64,000 nt of DNA, from NCBI GenBank assembly GCA_030612005.1, contig JAUWOU010000005.1, positions 2,629 through 66,628 on the forward strand, written 5' to 3'. The translations under genes were made by a program, and so were the position numbers. The notes beneath the pieces were generated by a model that saw nothing but the letters and a program-made list of their open reading frames with translations, searched no databases and had not been told where the DNA came from. Below are positions 45,895-56,633 of the stretch, piece after piece. Each line of letters begins with the position of its first letter. Within the stretch, counting starts at the first letter, position 1. The DNA comes from Candidatus Thorarchaeota archaeon (lineage in GTDB: Archaea > Asgardarchaeota > Thorarchaeia > Thorarchaeales > Thorarchaeaceae).

Positions 45895-46356
45895 ATGAGC
45901 GAAATTAGAAGTTGTTTCATAGATTTTGGGAGTAGTGTTTATTTGATGGCTGTAGATGGAACTCAATCACGAGTTCAAGTATGGACTATTGGCTTAATTG
46001 CAGGTATGCATTTCATTAGACTAATTTCTCTTCAGACTTTTGTATTGATACTGATATTTACGTTTAACCGTACTTTCACAATAATTGATATTATACCTGT
46101 ACTAATCCTCATTCCTATTGTTATTCTTGATTTTCTAGTTGGATTTTATATTGTGAAGGGAAAGCTCTATGCGATACTTGTTTCAACAATCTATGCAACC
46201 TTCATCTTTTTATTTAACATTCTCAGATTGATTCATCCTATTTCATTTGATATACTGTCCATCTCATTTTATTCCAGTTTTGTAGAGTTGCTATTGGTGA
46301 TGTTTCTGGGAATAATAACGTTGAACAGAGAATGGGTACGTGATTCTGCTGACTAA
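45895..46356 (+). CDS. Small polytopic membrane protein, unknown function
   Basis: 153-aa ORF with about 4 hydrophobic helices. Confidence 0.4.
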   Translation: MSEIRSCFIDFGSSVYLMAVDGTQSRVQVWTIGLIAGMHFIRLISLQTFVLILIFTFNRTFTIIDIIPVLILIPIVILDFLVGFYIVKGKLYAILVSTIYATFIFLFNILRLIHPISFDILSISFYSSFVELLLVMFLGIITLNREWVRDSAD

Positions 46357-46487
46357 CCCATTCCACAAACTGATAAGCAACACCCGCGTAAGTAAATTTG
46401 GCGGTCGATGAAGCTATAATTACTGTCGGAGAATGAAATATTCGATGACGAAACGGTGAGCAGCTGAGACTTGCCACACTCCAGTAA

Positions 46488-47450
46488 CTATGCGAATCCT
46501 CTTTTTCCTTCTTGTCCTCTCTGAATTTTCCTGACATATGCATAGGCTGAATCTGCAGCGATAGCACCATGACCTACTGCAACTGCAATCTGTTTCATGG
46601 ACTCGACAACATCACCCGCGGCATAGACCCCAGGAATATTGGTTGCCTGTTTTGCATCAACTAGGACTTCGCCCCGCTCATTTGTTTCTACACCAATACT
46701 CTTTGCTAGAGAACTCTCCGGCTTTGAGCCTAGTGCAATGAATGCACCCTCTATCTCAAGAGTTGTTTGTTCACCTGTCTTAACATTTTCAAGAACAAGT
46801 GCATTCACGAGATTATCTCCATTGATTTCCTTCACAACTGAATCCCAGAGGATCTCCACATCTGATTTGAAAACATAGTCCTGCAATATTTTCTCAGCTC
46901 TGAGTTCATCTCTACGGTGAATCAGGTATACCTTCTTCGTGACTTCAGCTAAATAGAGTGCTTCAGTTACTGCTGTGTTTCCACCACCAACAACAGCTAC
47001 AGTTTTGTCTCTGAATAATGGGCCATCACATGTGGCACAAAATGAAACTCCGCGACCAGTGAGTATCTCCTCCCCTGGTACATTCAGATGTCTGTGCCCT
47101 CCACCTGTTGCTACTATGATTGCTTTAGCTCTATAGATACCTCTGCGAGTATCAAGCAGAAAGTCGCCATCTTCACCTTCACGTTCGATACTACGTACAT
47201 CAGTGATTTCCTTGATATTTGCACCAACCTTTTTCACTTGCTCTTTCATTTTGGTTGCAAGGTCAATTCCGACAATGAATGTATAACCTGGATAGTTCTC
47301 TATACCCGGACTCGTGGCTTGCGCCCCACCCAAGACTTTACCTTCAATTAGAAGTGTCTTGAGTCCATATCTTGCCCCATAAATTGCTGCGGTCATCCCA
47401 GCTGGTCCGCCACCAATGACTACTAGTTCCCAGTCTAATTCTTCTGTCAA
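46488..47450 (-). CDS. trxB: Thioredoxin-disulfide reductase
   Basis: FAD fold VVIGGGPAGMTAAIYGAR, redox-active CATCDG, NADPH fold VVGGGNTAVTEALYL and C-terminal GVYAAGDV. Confidence 0.9.
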   Translation of the reverse strand: MTEELDWELVVIGGGPAGMTAAIYGARYGLKTLLIEGKVLGGAQATSPGIENYPGYTFIVGIDLATKMKEQVKKVGANIKEITDVRSIEREGEDGDFLLDTRRGIYRAKAIIVATGGGHRHLNVPGEEILTGRGVSFCATCDGPLFRDKTVAVVGGGNTAVTEALYLAEVTKKVYLIHRRDELRAEKILQDYVFKSDVEILWDSVVKEINGDNLVNALVLENVKTGEQTTLEIEGAFIALGSKPESSLAKSIGVETNERGEVLVDAKQATNIPGVYAAGDVVESMKQIAVAVGHGAIAADSAYAYVRKIQRGQEGKRGFA

Positions 47451-47506
47451 TACAATTTCTCCACAGATTTGGTCCCGATCGCACGGTAAGAAACCATCAA
47501 TAGTGC

Positions 47507-48376
47507 TTAATCATTCTTTCCTGTGTGGCACTCAATTCCAAGCTTTGCCAGTTTATCACAATCTAGTTCAGTACTTGGTTCAATCTCGACTCGATTAGTT
47601 GGTTTTAGAAGGTCTGCCATTCGACTGAAAGTTACTTCTCTTATAGGCAATCTTTCTTTATAGTAAAGGAATGTTGCTTTGCGAAAACGTTCTGGGTCGT
47701 AGCTAAAGATATGCCCTGGACTTACAACAAGCACGTGATCGACCTCTAGCAGGTTTTCCCATGGCCATGCTGAATCGTTGAATGATTCTATGATGATGTT
47801 CTCTGCTGATTTTTCACTCTCTGCAAATGCTGCTGAAACATAATCCTCAAAATGCTGATGTTCAAATTCCTGAAATGTTTCAAAGTTGTTTGCAGAAAAT
47901 ATGCTTGAGTTATGAGAAAGCTTTCCTATTTCCTCAAGCCCTATGATCACTCTCTCTTCTTCCACAAGTGAATCGGCAATGAGCATTGTAGTATCAAACT
48001 CATCATTTACTGGTCGACTGAATCTCTGCATTACTAGAATTGAGTTAGATCCTGCTAACCCGAAACTCGAATGCAAGTTCTGGAGCGGTCTCTCAATCCT
48101 CGCTGGGACGAAAAGACTGTGAATTGGATTCATCAGATACAAGTCATTCCTGAGGTCCAGTTCTTTCTTAACATGAGATGCATCTTTTGATACAAGTTTC
48201 CCAATCTCAAGACACCCTTGAGTATGCTCATAATTGTACCAGTAGTTATGACCACTAACAGGCTTGAAATATTCTGCAGTTTGCCCAGAATCTCTTAGAC
48301 TCTTTCCTAGCCCCACAGCAAGACGTGTCTTACCAGAATCGAAGGAATTTGAGCCTACAATCAATATTCTGGCCAT
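47507..48376 (-). CDS. P-loop NTPase of the dethiobiotin-synthetase/CobQ N-terminal-like fold
   Basis: MARILIVGSNSFDSGKTRLAVGL resembles the BioD-type GTxTxxGKT loop. The rest is unassigned. ATG 48376 is preferred over the ORF-track start. Confidence 0.5.
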   Translation of the reverse strand: MARILIVGSNSFDSGKTRLAVGLGKSLRDSGQTAEYFKPVSGHNYWYNYEHTQGCLEIGKLVSKDASHVKKELDLRNDLYLMNPIHSLFVPARIERPLQNLHSSFGLAGSNSILVMQRFSRPVNDEFDTTMLIADSLVEEERVIIGLEEIGKLSHNSSIFSANNFETFQEFEHQHFEDYVSAAFAESEKSAENIIIESFNDSAWPWENLLEVDHVLVVSPGHIFSYDPERFRKATFLYYKERLPIREVTFSRMADLLKPTNRVEIEPSTELDCDKLAKLGIECHTGKND

Positions 48377-48442
48377 TTTGAATACCTCAATGAAAAAGAG
48401 AATGAGTGGAGCCTTGCGGCTCCATTTCATCTATGTTCGTTA

Positions 48443-50101
48443 TTACATCATTCCGGGCATTCCGCCCATGCCGCCCATTCCACCCATGCCTCCTCCGGCA
48501 CCCGGTGGTGGACCTGCACTAGCTCTTGCAGCAATGACATCGTCAATTCGCAAGATCATTTGAGCAGCCTCTGCTGCGGAACGAATTGCCTGACTCTTGA
48601 CACGAGCTGGTTCAATTACTCCAGCCTTCATCATGTCAGCAGTCTTGCCCTTGGCTACATCAACACCGAACCAGAGCCCAGTCGCACTTGAGTGGTCCTT
48701 GTTCAGGTCTGCAATGATGTCGATGGGATCATGACCACCGTTCTCAGCAAGAGTCTTAGGAACTACGCGTAGTGCTTCAGCGAAAGCCTCGATTGCAAGC
48801 TGCTCGCGACCACCCACCTTGTTGGCGAATGCTTCTAGGCGCTTAGCCATCTCAGCTTCTACGGAACCACCACCTGCAACGTATGTACTATCCTCGACAA
48901 CGTTCCTGACAACACTAAGCGCATCATGTAGTGCCCTGTCTGCTTCATCAACAACGTGCTCGGTACCACCGCGAATAACGATGGATACTGCCTTAGGATC
49001 CTTGCAGTTTCTAACAAAGACAAGCTTGTCGTCGCCAATTCTGACTTCTTCGACAATACCTGCTGTTCCAAGATAGCTAGCATCTAGCTCATCTAGGCTT
49101 GTGGCTGACTTTGCACCTGTAGCCTTACCCAATTTCTCGAGTGTGCTCTTCTTGGCTCTGCGGATTGCCATAATGCCTTCCTTGGCCAGATAGTGCTGTG
49201 CAACATCATCAATTCCTTTTTGACAGATTAGAACATTTGCACCAGAAGCAATGATCTTGTCAGTCATGCTCTTTAGCATGCGTTCTTCCTCGTTGAGGAA
49301 TGCCTGAATCTGTTCAGGACTGTCAATCTTGATCTCTGCATCGAACTCAGTCTTCTCGATTTCGATAGCTGTATTGACGAGAGCAATCTTTGCGCCTTCA
49401 ACCTTCCTTGGCATGGATGCATGAACAATCTCTTTGTCAATGACCATTCCAGTAACTAGCTCAGTTTCGTTGAGGCTTTTACCTTGCTTCTTGATAATCT
49501 CAATCATATCAATGTCAGCTCTAGTCTTGCCATCAGTCTTCTCAGCAATCTGAAGTACTGATTTGACCGCAATCTTTGCAAAGTGTTCCTTTGCACCAAC
49601 GACTGATTTGCTGTTCATTGAGGTTTCAGCAATATCAGTGAGAATTTTCTTGTCCATTCCCTCCATCGATACTGAAATTGAATTGAGTATCTTGGTTGCC
49701 TCCTCAGCAGCCTTCTGATAGCCGCCAACGAGAATTGTGGGGTGGATCTTCATCTCGAGCAATTCCTGTGCTCTCTTGAGAAGCTCACCAGCAATAACAA
49801 CTGAGGTTGTTGTGCCGTCACCTGTTTCTTGGTCCTGGCTCTTTGCAACTTCAACAAGCATCTTTGCAGCTGGGTGCTGAACATCAATTTCTTTCAAAAT
49901 TGAAGCGCCGTCGTTTGTGATTGTCACATCTCCGAGACTATCCACGAGCATTTTATCCATGCCGCGTGGCCCCAGAGTTGATTTAACGGCGTCAGAGATG
50001 ACGATACCTGCCATTATGTTGTTTTGCTGTGCGGTTTTCCCGCGAGTTCTTGAAGTACCCTCCTTTAGGATGAGGATGGGTTGACCTGACAACTGTGCCA
50101 T
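48443..50101 (-). CDS. ths: Thermosome subunit (group II chaperonin)
   Basis: [37 protein letters not shown] and the C-terminal [17 protein letters not shown] tail. ATG 50101. Confidence 0.95.
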   Translation of the reverse strand: MAQLSGQPILILKEGTSRTRGKTAQQNNIMAGIVISDAVKSTLGPRGMDKMLVDSLGDVTITNDGASILKEIDVQHPAAKMLVEVAKSQDQETGDGTTTSVVIAGELLKRAQELLEMKIHPTILVGGYQKAAEEATKILNSISVSMEGMDKKILTDIAETSMNSKSVVGAKEHFAKIAVKSVLQIAEKTDGKTRADIDMIEIIKKQGKSLNETELVTGMVIDKEIVHASMPRKVEGAKIALVNTAIEIEKTEFDAEIKIDSPEQIQAFLNEEERMLKSMTDKIIASGANVLICQKGIDDVAQHYLAKEGIMAIRRAKKSTLEKLGKATGAKSATSLDELDASYLGTAGIVEEVRIGDDKLVFVRNCKDPKAVSIVIRGGTEHVVDEADRALHDALSVVRNVVEDSTYVAGGGSVEAEMAKRLEAFANKVGGREQLAIEAFAEALRVVPKTLAENGGHDPIDIIADLNKDHSSATGLWFGVDVAKGKTADMMKAGVIEPARVKSQAIRSAAEAAQMILRIDDVIAARASAGPPPGAGGGMGGMGGMGGMPGMM

Positions 50102-50173
50102 TTTTAATCCCCTAATGGTTTGTTTTCGCAAGCCACCTTGTTATCTATTTCAAAGTAGGATGCTATTCATTTG

Positions 50174-50285
50174 ATAAAACTGTACAAGCACTTCGGCATG
50201 TACTGTTAATAAAACTGTGCTAGCTCTTCGCTTTTAAAACTTACCAACTGTCTCTTCTGAGGTAAAACTGGTACGAGCAGTTCAC
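50174..50285 (+). repeat. Three ~22-nt direct repeats in the thermosome upstream region
   Basis: The three copies are ataaaactgtacaagcacttcg (50174), ataaaactgtgctagctcttcg (50209) and gtaaaactggtacgagcagttca (50262). On the coding (minus) strand each ends in a TATA-like TTTTAT/TTTTAC. Confidence 0.6.
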
Positions 50286-50291
50286 TTTCGA

Positions 50292-50777
50292 TCAGACCCG
50301 GAAGAATATCCTCTTCTTGCAAGCAAGCGGACCCGCGTGTAGAATCTCCATTCCGACCTTCTCATCCAAGATTTCACCAAGCATACCACAGAGATAACCA
50401 TTGGTGAGATAGCAGATTGGACCACACTGTTCCATATTCTTAGACTTCACTGCATCTCTGATTGGACAATCACGAACAATCACATTGAATGATGGTTGAC
50501 CCAGCGAGTCAATAAAGAAATGCGACTCGCCCTCTTTCGCATGTAACTCAATACTCCACACACCCTCATATGCTTCATTTAGGGTCCGTATTGCACTCTG
50601 TATAGTATCAGTCTTCTGAAAATCTAGAGCGATACGTTTACCCTCATCCACTCCAGTCCCAAATACCAGTCCCTTGGAAGCTGGGCCTAGTAAGTCCACG
50701 ATGCCTTTGTTGATTGTAGTCAATAACGAGAGATATGCATCTACTCTGTTAGATTCACTGTCCTTTGAGGGTTGCAT
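50292..50777 (-). CDS. V4R (4-vinyl reductase-like) domain protein
   Basis: C-terminal pattern RDCP...CGPICYLTNGYLCGMLGEIL......GPLACKKRIFF resembles the Cys-containing V4R small-molecule-binding domain. ATG 50777 is preferred. Confidence 0.5.
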   Translation of the reverse strand: MQPSKDSESNRVDAYLSLLTTINKGIVDLLGPASKGLVFGTGVDEGKRIALDFQKTDTIQSAIRTLNEAYEGVWSIELHAKEGESHFFIDSLGQPSFNVIVRDCPIRDAVKSKNMEQCGPICYLTNGYLCGMLGEILDEKVGMEILHAGPLACKKRIFFRV

Positions 50778-50941
50778 GGCTTTGCTTTGGCGAGTAAAAT
50801 GAAGATATAACACCATCGGATATAGTTGTACTTCAATACAATTTCCAAAGTGGTTATCCTCCTCTAGTGCGAGGATTTCACTTTCGATTTGTTTATCAAG
50901 TTGAAAGAGTTAAATTAGAAATATTGGATGGAGGACTTTGA

Positions 50942-51571
50942 ATGGCAGATGAAGATGATCCTGACTTGGAACTCTACGGAACAAGCCCTGGAGTCATTGC
51001 ATTCTTTATGATTCTGATATCACTGATAGTACCAATCGGGATAATTCCAATGAATGCCGCATATATTTTCGGTTATGGAATGTTCTACGCTGATTTCATT
51101 ATTTATGGATTAATCTGGTCTTATACACCTGAAATCTATTATTCTTCATTTACAATCTTTGTATTCATACTTTCGAATATCTGGGTTACAATACCACTCA
51201 CTATATTCAATGTTCTATATATCAGACAAATTATTCGGTATTATCAGGGAAAGTGTACGAGGTACAGTGCTGTTTGGGTGGGAATACTAAGTATAGTCTT
51301 ACCAACCTTGGTTGCACTTAGTACATCAGGTATTCTTGTTCCCAATAGTGAATTCATATTCATAGGACCAATCCCTATACAATTCGTTGCTGGGTTGTAT
51401 TTCCTTCGTAAATACCCTGGTCCCGAGATGACCTCTCCTTGGGTTGGAAATCTAGATGATAGCTCATGGTGGCGTCCAAAGAGACCTCAGTGGTGGTATC
51501 GAATGTTTCCACCCAAAGGTGAAGAGATCACAGAAGAATCTGAGAACGAATCCCCACCTGAAGCTGATTGA
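50942..51571 (+). CDS. Polytopic membrane protein with a Trp/Pro-rich and acidic C-terminal tail
   Basis: 209-aa ORF with about 5 TM helices and the tail SSWWRPKRPQWWYRMFPPKGEEITEESENESPPEAD. Confidence 0.5.
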   Translation: MADEDDPDLELYGTSPGVIAFFMILISLIVPIGIIPMNAAYIFGYGMFYADFIIYGLIWSYTPEIYYSSFTIFVFILSNIWVTIPLTIFNVLYIRQIIRYYQGKCTRYSAVWVGILSIVLPTLVALSTSGILVPNSEFIFIGPIPIQFVAGLYFLRKYPGPEMTSPWVGNLDDSSWWRPKRPQWWYRMFPPKGEEITEESENESPPEAD

Positions 51572-51660
51572 CTGGAAACTGAATAATATTGAATGTGTTT
51601 CGACGTAGCGAAGAACATAAGAGGGTGTGAAATGAACAATAGTTATTCTGGGAGTGACTA

Positions 51661-53385
51661 GTGACGATGGAAATTACGTTCAATATCGGAGGTGCGGCTG
51701 GTCAAGGCATTGACACGATTGGTGACTTACTCAACCAAGTCTTTGTACAGGCAGGATTCTACACCTTTACGATTAAGGACTTTGAGTCTCGGATCAGAGG
51801 CGGATACAACTTCATTCAGATTCGAGTTAGTGACAAACCGATCCATGCGTCTGTTGACCATGTTGACGTGATTATTGCTCTATCAAAAGATGCAGTAATA
51901 GGACAACGTGACAGACTTACACAGGGTGGAGTTATCATCTTTGATGAAGGAATCGAATTTGATGACTTAGAGGCATGTCATTTTTCTGCACCACTTGAGA
52001 AGACTGCTCGAGAAGTGGGTGGCAATATTCGAATGATGAATGCTGCAGCACTCGGTGCTGTACTCGCGGTAATCAGTTTTCCTTTTTCACTTGCTGAGAA
52101 GGCATTGACAGGTATATTCGGAAGGAAAGGTGAGAAGATAGTTGCAGGAAATGTTAACGTCGCTAAGGCGCTCTATGATTTGACAAAGAGCGATTTCAAA
52201 GGAACCTGTAGTTACAATCTTGAAACTCTAGACCAGGGTCCATGTAAGGCCAAGCTATTACTTACTGGTAACAAAGCACTAGCACTGGGGGCAATTGCGG
52301 CTAATCTGAAGTGGATTTCATCATACCCGATGAGTCCCTCCACTTCTTTGTTTGAGAATATAGTAGCCTATTCACATCAGTTGAAGATTGGTGCTCTACA
52401 GACTGAGGACGAGATTGCTTCGATTACCATGGCAATTGGAGCATCATATGCAGGGGCTCGATCTATGGTTACTACATCTGGAGGAGGTTTTTCTCTGATG
52501 GTTGAAGCCCTTGGTTTTGCAGCCATGGTGGAGGTCCCAATCGTAATTTACAATGCTCAGAGACCTGGCCCGAGTACTGGCTTACCGACAAGGATTGAGC
52601 AATCTGACCTTCTTTTCATGGGTTTCGCAAGTCAGGGAGAATTTCCTAGAATCATGCTCGCTCCTAAAGACCCGATTGAAGGTTTCGATGTTGCTACTCG
52701 CGCATTCAACTTGGCTGACAAATTCCAGATACCAGTTATGATCCTTGGAGATCAATACTTTGCAGACTCGGTGATGAATATTCCTAGAATTGATGCATCT
52801 GGAGTTAAGAGGGACCAAGGTAAGCTTGCAAAGTCAGGCCCTGATTCCGATTACAAGAGGTATCTTCTTACAAAGGATGGAATCTCACCACGAGCATTTC
52901 CGGGTGATAAGGGTAAGACCATCGTTTCTTCAGGGAATGTCCACCGTGAGGACGGACATATCACTGAGGACTCAGAGATGAGAACCCTCATGGTTCAGAA
53001 ATTTATGAATAAGATTCCTGCAATAATGACTGAGTTGAATCCCCCACAAGTCTATGGTGAAGAGAAATCTGAAATAACTCTGCTCACTTGGGGATCGACA
53101 TGGGGTGCAGCGAATGAAGCTGTTGAAGTTCTAGCCTCTGGAGGTGTATCAATCAATCAGCTACATTTCTGCGACGTATTTCCATTGAGAACCGCAAAGC
53201 TTCGTGAGGTATTCTCACAATCAAAACAAGTCATCTCTGTAGAACAGAATATCACTTCACAGTTTGCTTCACTGGTCCGTATGCAGATAGGACTCGGAGT
53301 AACTCAACATATCAACAAATACGATGGGAGACCTATGACCCCCGGATGGATAATTAGTGAACTAGAGGAGGGTGGTATCGTATGA
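51661..53385 (+). CDS. korA: 2-oxoacid:ferredoxin oxidoreductase, fused gamma-alpha subunit
   Basis: N-terminal gamma-type domain (ITFNIGGAAGQGIDTIG). Alpha domain (GNKALALGAI.., SYPMSPST, TTSGGGFSLM, RPGPSTGLPT). Confidence 0.85.
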   Translation: MTMEITFNIGGAAGQGIDTIGDLLNQVFVQAGFYTFTIKDFESRIRGGYNFIQIRVSDKPIHASVDHVDVIIALSKDAVIGQRDRLTQGGVIIFDEGIEFDDLEACHFSAPLEKTAREVGGNIRMMNAAALGAVLAVISFPFSLAEKALTGIFGRKGEKIVAGNVNVAKALYDLTKSDFKGTCSYNLETLDQGPCKAKLLLTGNKALALGAIAANLKWISSYPMSPSTSLFENIVAYSHQLKIGALQTEDEIASITMAIGASYAGARSMVTTSGGGFSLMVEALGFAAMVEVPIVIYNAQRPGPSTGLPTRIEQSDLLFMGFASQGEFPRIMLAPKDPIEGFDVATRAFNLADKFQIPVMILGDQYFADSVMNIPRIDASGVKRDQGKLAKSGPDSDYKRYLLTKDGISPRAFPGDKGKTIVSSGNVHREDGHITEDSEMRTLMVQKFMNKIPAIMTELNPPQVYGEEKSEITLLTWGSTWGAANEAVEVLASGGVSINQLHFCDVFPLRTAKLREVFSQSKQVISVEQNITSQFASLVRMQIGLGVTQHINKYDGRPMTPGWIISELEEGGIV

Positions 53386-54251
53386 TCACACCAGAAATGC
53401 TTGAAGAACCACAGAAAATCACATGGTGCACTGGATGTGGAAACTTTGGAATCATTGCAGCTTTGAAGAAGGCAGTAATCGAGTTGGATAAACCTATTCA
53501 CGAGCTTGTACTCACATCAGGTATTGGATGTTCGAGTAAGATTCCACATTACATCGGAGGCGTGAATAGTATCCATACTCTGCATGGACGACCAGTTCCT
53601 GTTGCCACGGGAATTCATCTGGCAAATACTGATCTAGAAGTATTCGTACACACTGGAGATGGTGACTGTCTAGCAGAAGGCCTCGGACACTTTATTCATG
53701 CAGCACGCAGGAATGTCAACATAGCTGTGTTCATTCATGACAATGGTGTTAACGGACTGACAAAGGGACAATTCTCACCAGCAGCACCTCGAGGTTACAT
53801 CTCAAAGACTTCTCCACCTCCACCTGGCGCTCCAATGGATCCTGTAAGTACAACTGCACAAGCAATCACTGCAGGAGCAACTTTTGTTGCACGTGGCTTC
53901 TCCGGTGATCAGAAGGGTCTCGTCAAACTCATGGTACAGGCAATCCGCCACAAGGGTTTCGCTGTAATCGATATTCTTCAACCATGTGTGACTTGGAATC
54001 GTCAATTAACATGGAAATACTACAATGAGCATACCTACTCATTGGAAGAGAATGGGCATGATGTCACTAACAAGCTTCAAGCTTTAGAGAAAGCTATGGA
54101 GAACGGTGACAGGTATCCAGTAGGAATCTTCTACAATGTTGAATGTCCTGACCTTGCTTCAGGAATTGCTCTGCCAGAAAAGGGGGCGTTGAAGGACCAT
54201 AAGACTAACCTGAAAGATGTTCAGAAGATAATCGACGATCTAATGCTCTAG
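53382..54251 (+). CDS. korB: 2-oxoacid:ferredoxin oxidoreductase, beta (TPP-binding) subunit
   Basis: WCTGCGNFGI, SGIGCSS, TGDGDCLAEG and HDNGVNGLTKGQ. It overlaps korA by 4 nt. Confidence 0.9.
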   Translation: MITPEMLEEPQKITWCTGCGNFGIIAALKKAVIELDKPIHELVLTSGIGCSSKIPHYIGGVNSIHTLHGRPVPVATGIHLANTDLEVFVHTGDGDCLAEGLGHFIHAARRNVNIAVFIHDNGVNGLTKGQFSPAAPRGYISKTSPPPPGAPMDPVSTTAQAITAGATFVARGFSGDQKGLVKLMVQAIRHKGFAVIDILQPCVTWNRQLTWKYYNEHTYSLEENGHDVTNKLQALEKAMENGDRYPVGIFYNVECPDLASGIALPEKGALKDHKTNLKDVQKIIDDLML

Positions 54252-54281
54252 AGATTTCAATATTAGTTTCATATCGAGAGG

Positions 54282-55679
54282 ATGAAGAGGATGGGAACGA
54301 CTAGAATCGAGAAGGACTCTATTGGTGAATTAGAGGTACCTGCCGATGTCTATTGGGGAATCAATACTCAGAGAGCATTAATGAACTTCAAAATAAGTGG
54401 GAAAACATTTCCTAAGGAATTCATCACTGCTCTTGCACAGGTCAAGAAGGCTTGTCTAATTGCGAACACGAGTGCCAAAAAGATTGACAAAAACATCGGT
54501 GACGCAATCAGTCAAGCAGTAGATGAAATCATCAATGAGGAAAAGTTCTTGGACCAATTTCCGATTGACGTCTTCCAGACCGGCTCTGGAACTCAGACAA
54601 ATACAAACATGAATGAAGTATTGAGCAATAGAGCAAATGAGATACTTGGACATCCTAAGGGTACAAAGTCTCCAGTTCATCCAAACGACCACGTTAATGC
54701 TTCACAATCTTCGAATGATGTAATCCCAACAGCAATGCATGTAGCTGCCGCTGTATCCTTTCGTGATGATCTTATGGTTCCATTAACAAAGCTGAGGGAT
54801 GTTCTTACAGACAAGATAGCTGATTTTGATGGGATAGTAAAGGTGGGTCGTACTCATCTAATGGATGCCGTACCAATTCCTCTCACAACAGAATTCAAAG
54901 TGTACAAACAGCAAATAGAGACCTCTATTTCTAAAGACCTCGGTCCAGTATGGGAAACCTTGATGGTTGTTCCACTTGGTGGTACCGCCCTAGGAACTGG
55001 GCTAAACACACCAAAGGGGTTTGCTGAAAGGGCAGTAAAGGAACTCCGCAAAATTGTTGGTTTCAAGTTTACAGTTAATCCTGTTCTGGCAGAGGGTATC
55101 TCATCACACATTGCAATCGTACGTGCAAGTGCGGCACTGAGAAGCCTTGCATTAACTTGCATGAAAATGGCGAATGACATTCGCTGGATGGGAAGTGGTC
55201 CCCGTGCAGGGCTTGGCGAATTAATACTTCCAGAGAATGAACCTGGATCTTCTATCATGGCTGGAAAAGTCAATCCAACGCAGTCTGAAGCTTTGATTCA
55301 AGTCTGTCTACAGGTCATTGGCAATGATGCAACAATTGCAGCAGCTGAGGGATTCGGAAGCGTTTTGGATCTTAATATGAGTAAACCTGTGATGATCATC
55401 AATCTCTTGGAATCTATGCGATTGCTAGGTGCCGGAATTGATTCCTTCACTCAACATTGTCTCATGGGTCTCAAAGTCAATAAGGAACGGATTGCACAAC
55501 AACTTGACCAGAGCCTCATGCTAGTAACTAGACTTGCTCCAGTGATTGGATATGACCGAGCAACTGAGATTGCTAAGAAAGCCCATGAAGAAGGAAAGAC
55601 CATCAGGGAAGTCCTTCTTGAACAACGAATTGAGATTGAGAATCTTGATGAGCTACTTGACCCATCCAAGATGGTTTAG
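54282..55679 (+). CDS. fumC: Class II fumarate hydratase
   Basis: QTGSGTQTNTNMNEV, SQSSNDVIPTA, GRTHLMDAVP and the signature GSSIMAGKVNPTQSEA. Confidence 0.92.
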   Translation: MKRMGTTRIEKDSIGELEVPADVYWGINTQRALMNFKISGKTFPKEFITALAQVKKACLIANTSAKKIDKNIGDAISQAVDEIINEEKFLDQFPIDVFQTGSGTQTNTNMNEVLSNRANEILGHPKGTKSPVHPNDHVNASQSSNDVIPTAMHVAAAVSFRDDLMVPLTKLRDVLTDKIADFDGIVKVGRTHLMDAVPIPLTTEFKVYKQQIETSISKDLGPVWETLMVVPLGGTALGTGLNTPKGFAERAVKELRKIVGFKFTVNPVLAEGISSHIAIVRASAALRSLALTCMKMANDIRWMGSGPRAGLGELILPENEPGSSIMAGKVNPTQSEALIQVCLQVIGNDATIAAAEGFGSVLDLNMSKPVMIINLLESMRLLGAGIDSFTQHCLMGLKVNKERIAQQLDQSLMLVTRLAPVIGYDRATEIAKKAHEEGKTIREVLLEQRIEIENLDELLDPSKMV

Positions 55680-55684
55680 CTTAA

Positions 55685-56476
55685 CTAGCCGTATCCCACA
55701 CGTTGATCTTCCAAAGACTCGGGAAGAGGCTTTTGCTGACGCTTTTGAAGATTTGACAACCAAAGACATGCTATGACAATGAAGGGACCTAAGGTACCGA
55801 ACATGAAGAAGTTACGAAACGCATTCCTACTAAAGGACTCTAGTAAATAGTTGATATCCATTTCGTAAGCGAGTCGCTGGCTGGATAGTGATAAACGAAT
55901 GAAATCCCATCCGTTGTTTGATGTGGCATTGATGGCCATCCCTTGTAGCACCCCATCATCTAGCTCCCAAGCCATGAAATAACCCAAAGAACCAAATTCT
56001 GCTGAAACATAGGATCTACTGAAGGTCATCTCTCCCCACCACTCGCGCACCAAATTTATGCTGGTGGCCTGATCTAACGTTTCATCGATTTCTTCCCAGT
56101 ATCCAGTAGGCAGGAAAAATGGTAGGCTCGAGTTTCGGAGAATCCAATCCTCACCGAACTGCTGTTCGACTTGTACTACACCTGTGAATTTCAACAGATT
56201 TTCACAGATTCCAGAAATATTTATGATCGAAGGGGTTTCTGCTGCGCGAATCTTAAAGGATGAGCCTGACGTAATTCCATAATCATTGAGGATATCCACA
56301 ACAAAGGTATCTCCAGCATTGACTTCTGCGGTCACAGAATATTGAATCTCATCATTTTGCCTGATAAGCCATCCTTCATATTCAGCGGATGGAAGAGTGG
56401 CGTATAAACTAAAGCTAACACCTGCGATGACAATCAAGACTATTGTGATTACTTTCTTAACATTCTCATTCAACAC
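55685..56476 (-). CDS. Hypothetical extracytoplasmic protein with N- and C-terminal TM anchors
   Basis: 263 aa. N-terminal TM VITIVLIVIAGVSFSLYA, a beta-rich middle and a C-terminal TM FMFGTLGPFIVIACLWL. Confidence 0.5.
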   Translation of the reverse strand: MLNENVKKVITIVLIVIAGVSFSLYATLPSAEYEGWLIRQNDEIQYSVTAEVNAGDTFVVDILNDYGITSGSSFKIRAAETPSIINISGICENLLKFTGVVQVEQQFGEDWILRNSSLPFFLPTGYWEEIDETLDQATSINLVREWWGEMTFSRSYVSAEFGSLGYFMAWELDDGVLQGMAINATSNNGWDFIRLSLSSQRLAYEMDINYLLESFSRNAFRNFFMFGTLGPFIVIACLWLSNLQKRQQKPLPESLEDQRVGYG

Positions 56477-56633
56477 GATTCCCCGACAATTTGTGCATCC
56501 TCATGTAGGCTTATCATCTTTGTCAAATCTAGTATCGTTTGTGGATGGACAGCTTGATATTCAAGTTTGTCCAACACAAAATGAACTGTTAAGAAATAGA
56601 ATATAACGAATTGTCCTTATTGAATAATCTGAG

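Noticed and set aside
46238-46570. 110-aa minus-strand ORF bridging the trxB 3' end and the upstream membrane gene
   Set aside because: It overlaps two better-supported genes in other frames, and trxB already ends with a plausible C-terminus.
48452-48500. Short-period nucleotide repeats (also at 8556-8640) that could be mistaken for a microsatellite or CRISPR-like array
   Set aside because: They are in-frame coding sequence for the GGM tails of the thermosome and the ABC exporter. There is no spacer-repeat architecture, and no CRISPR array was found anywhere in the window.
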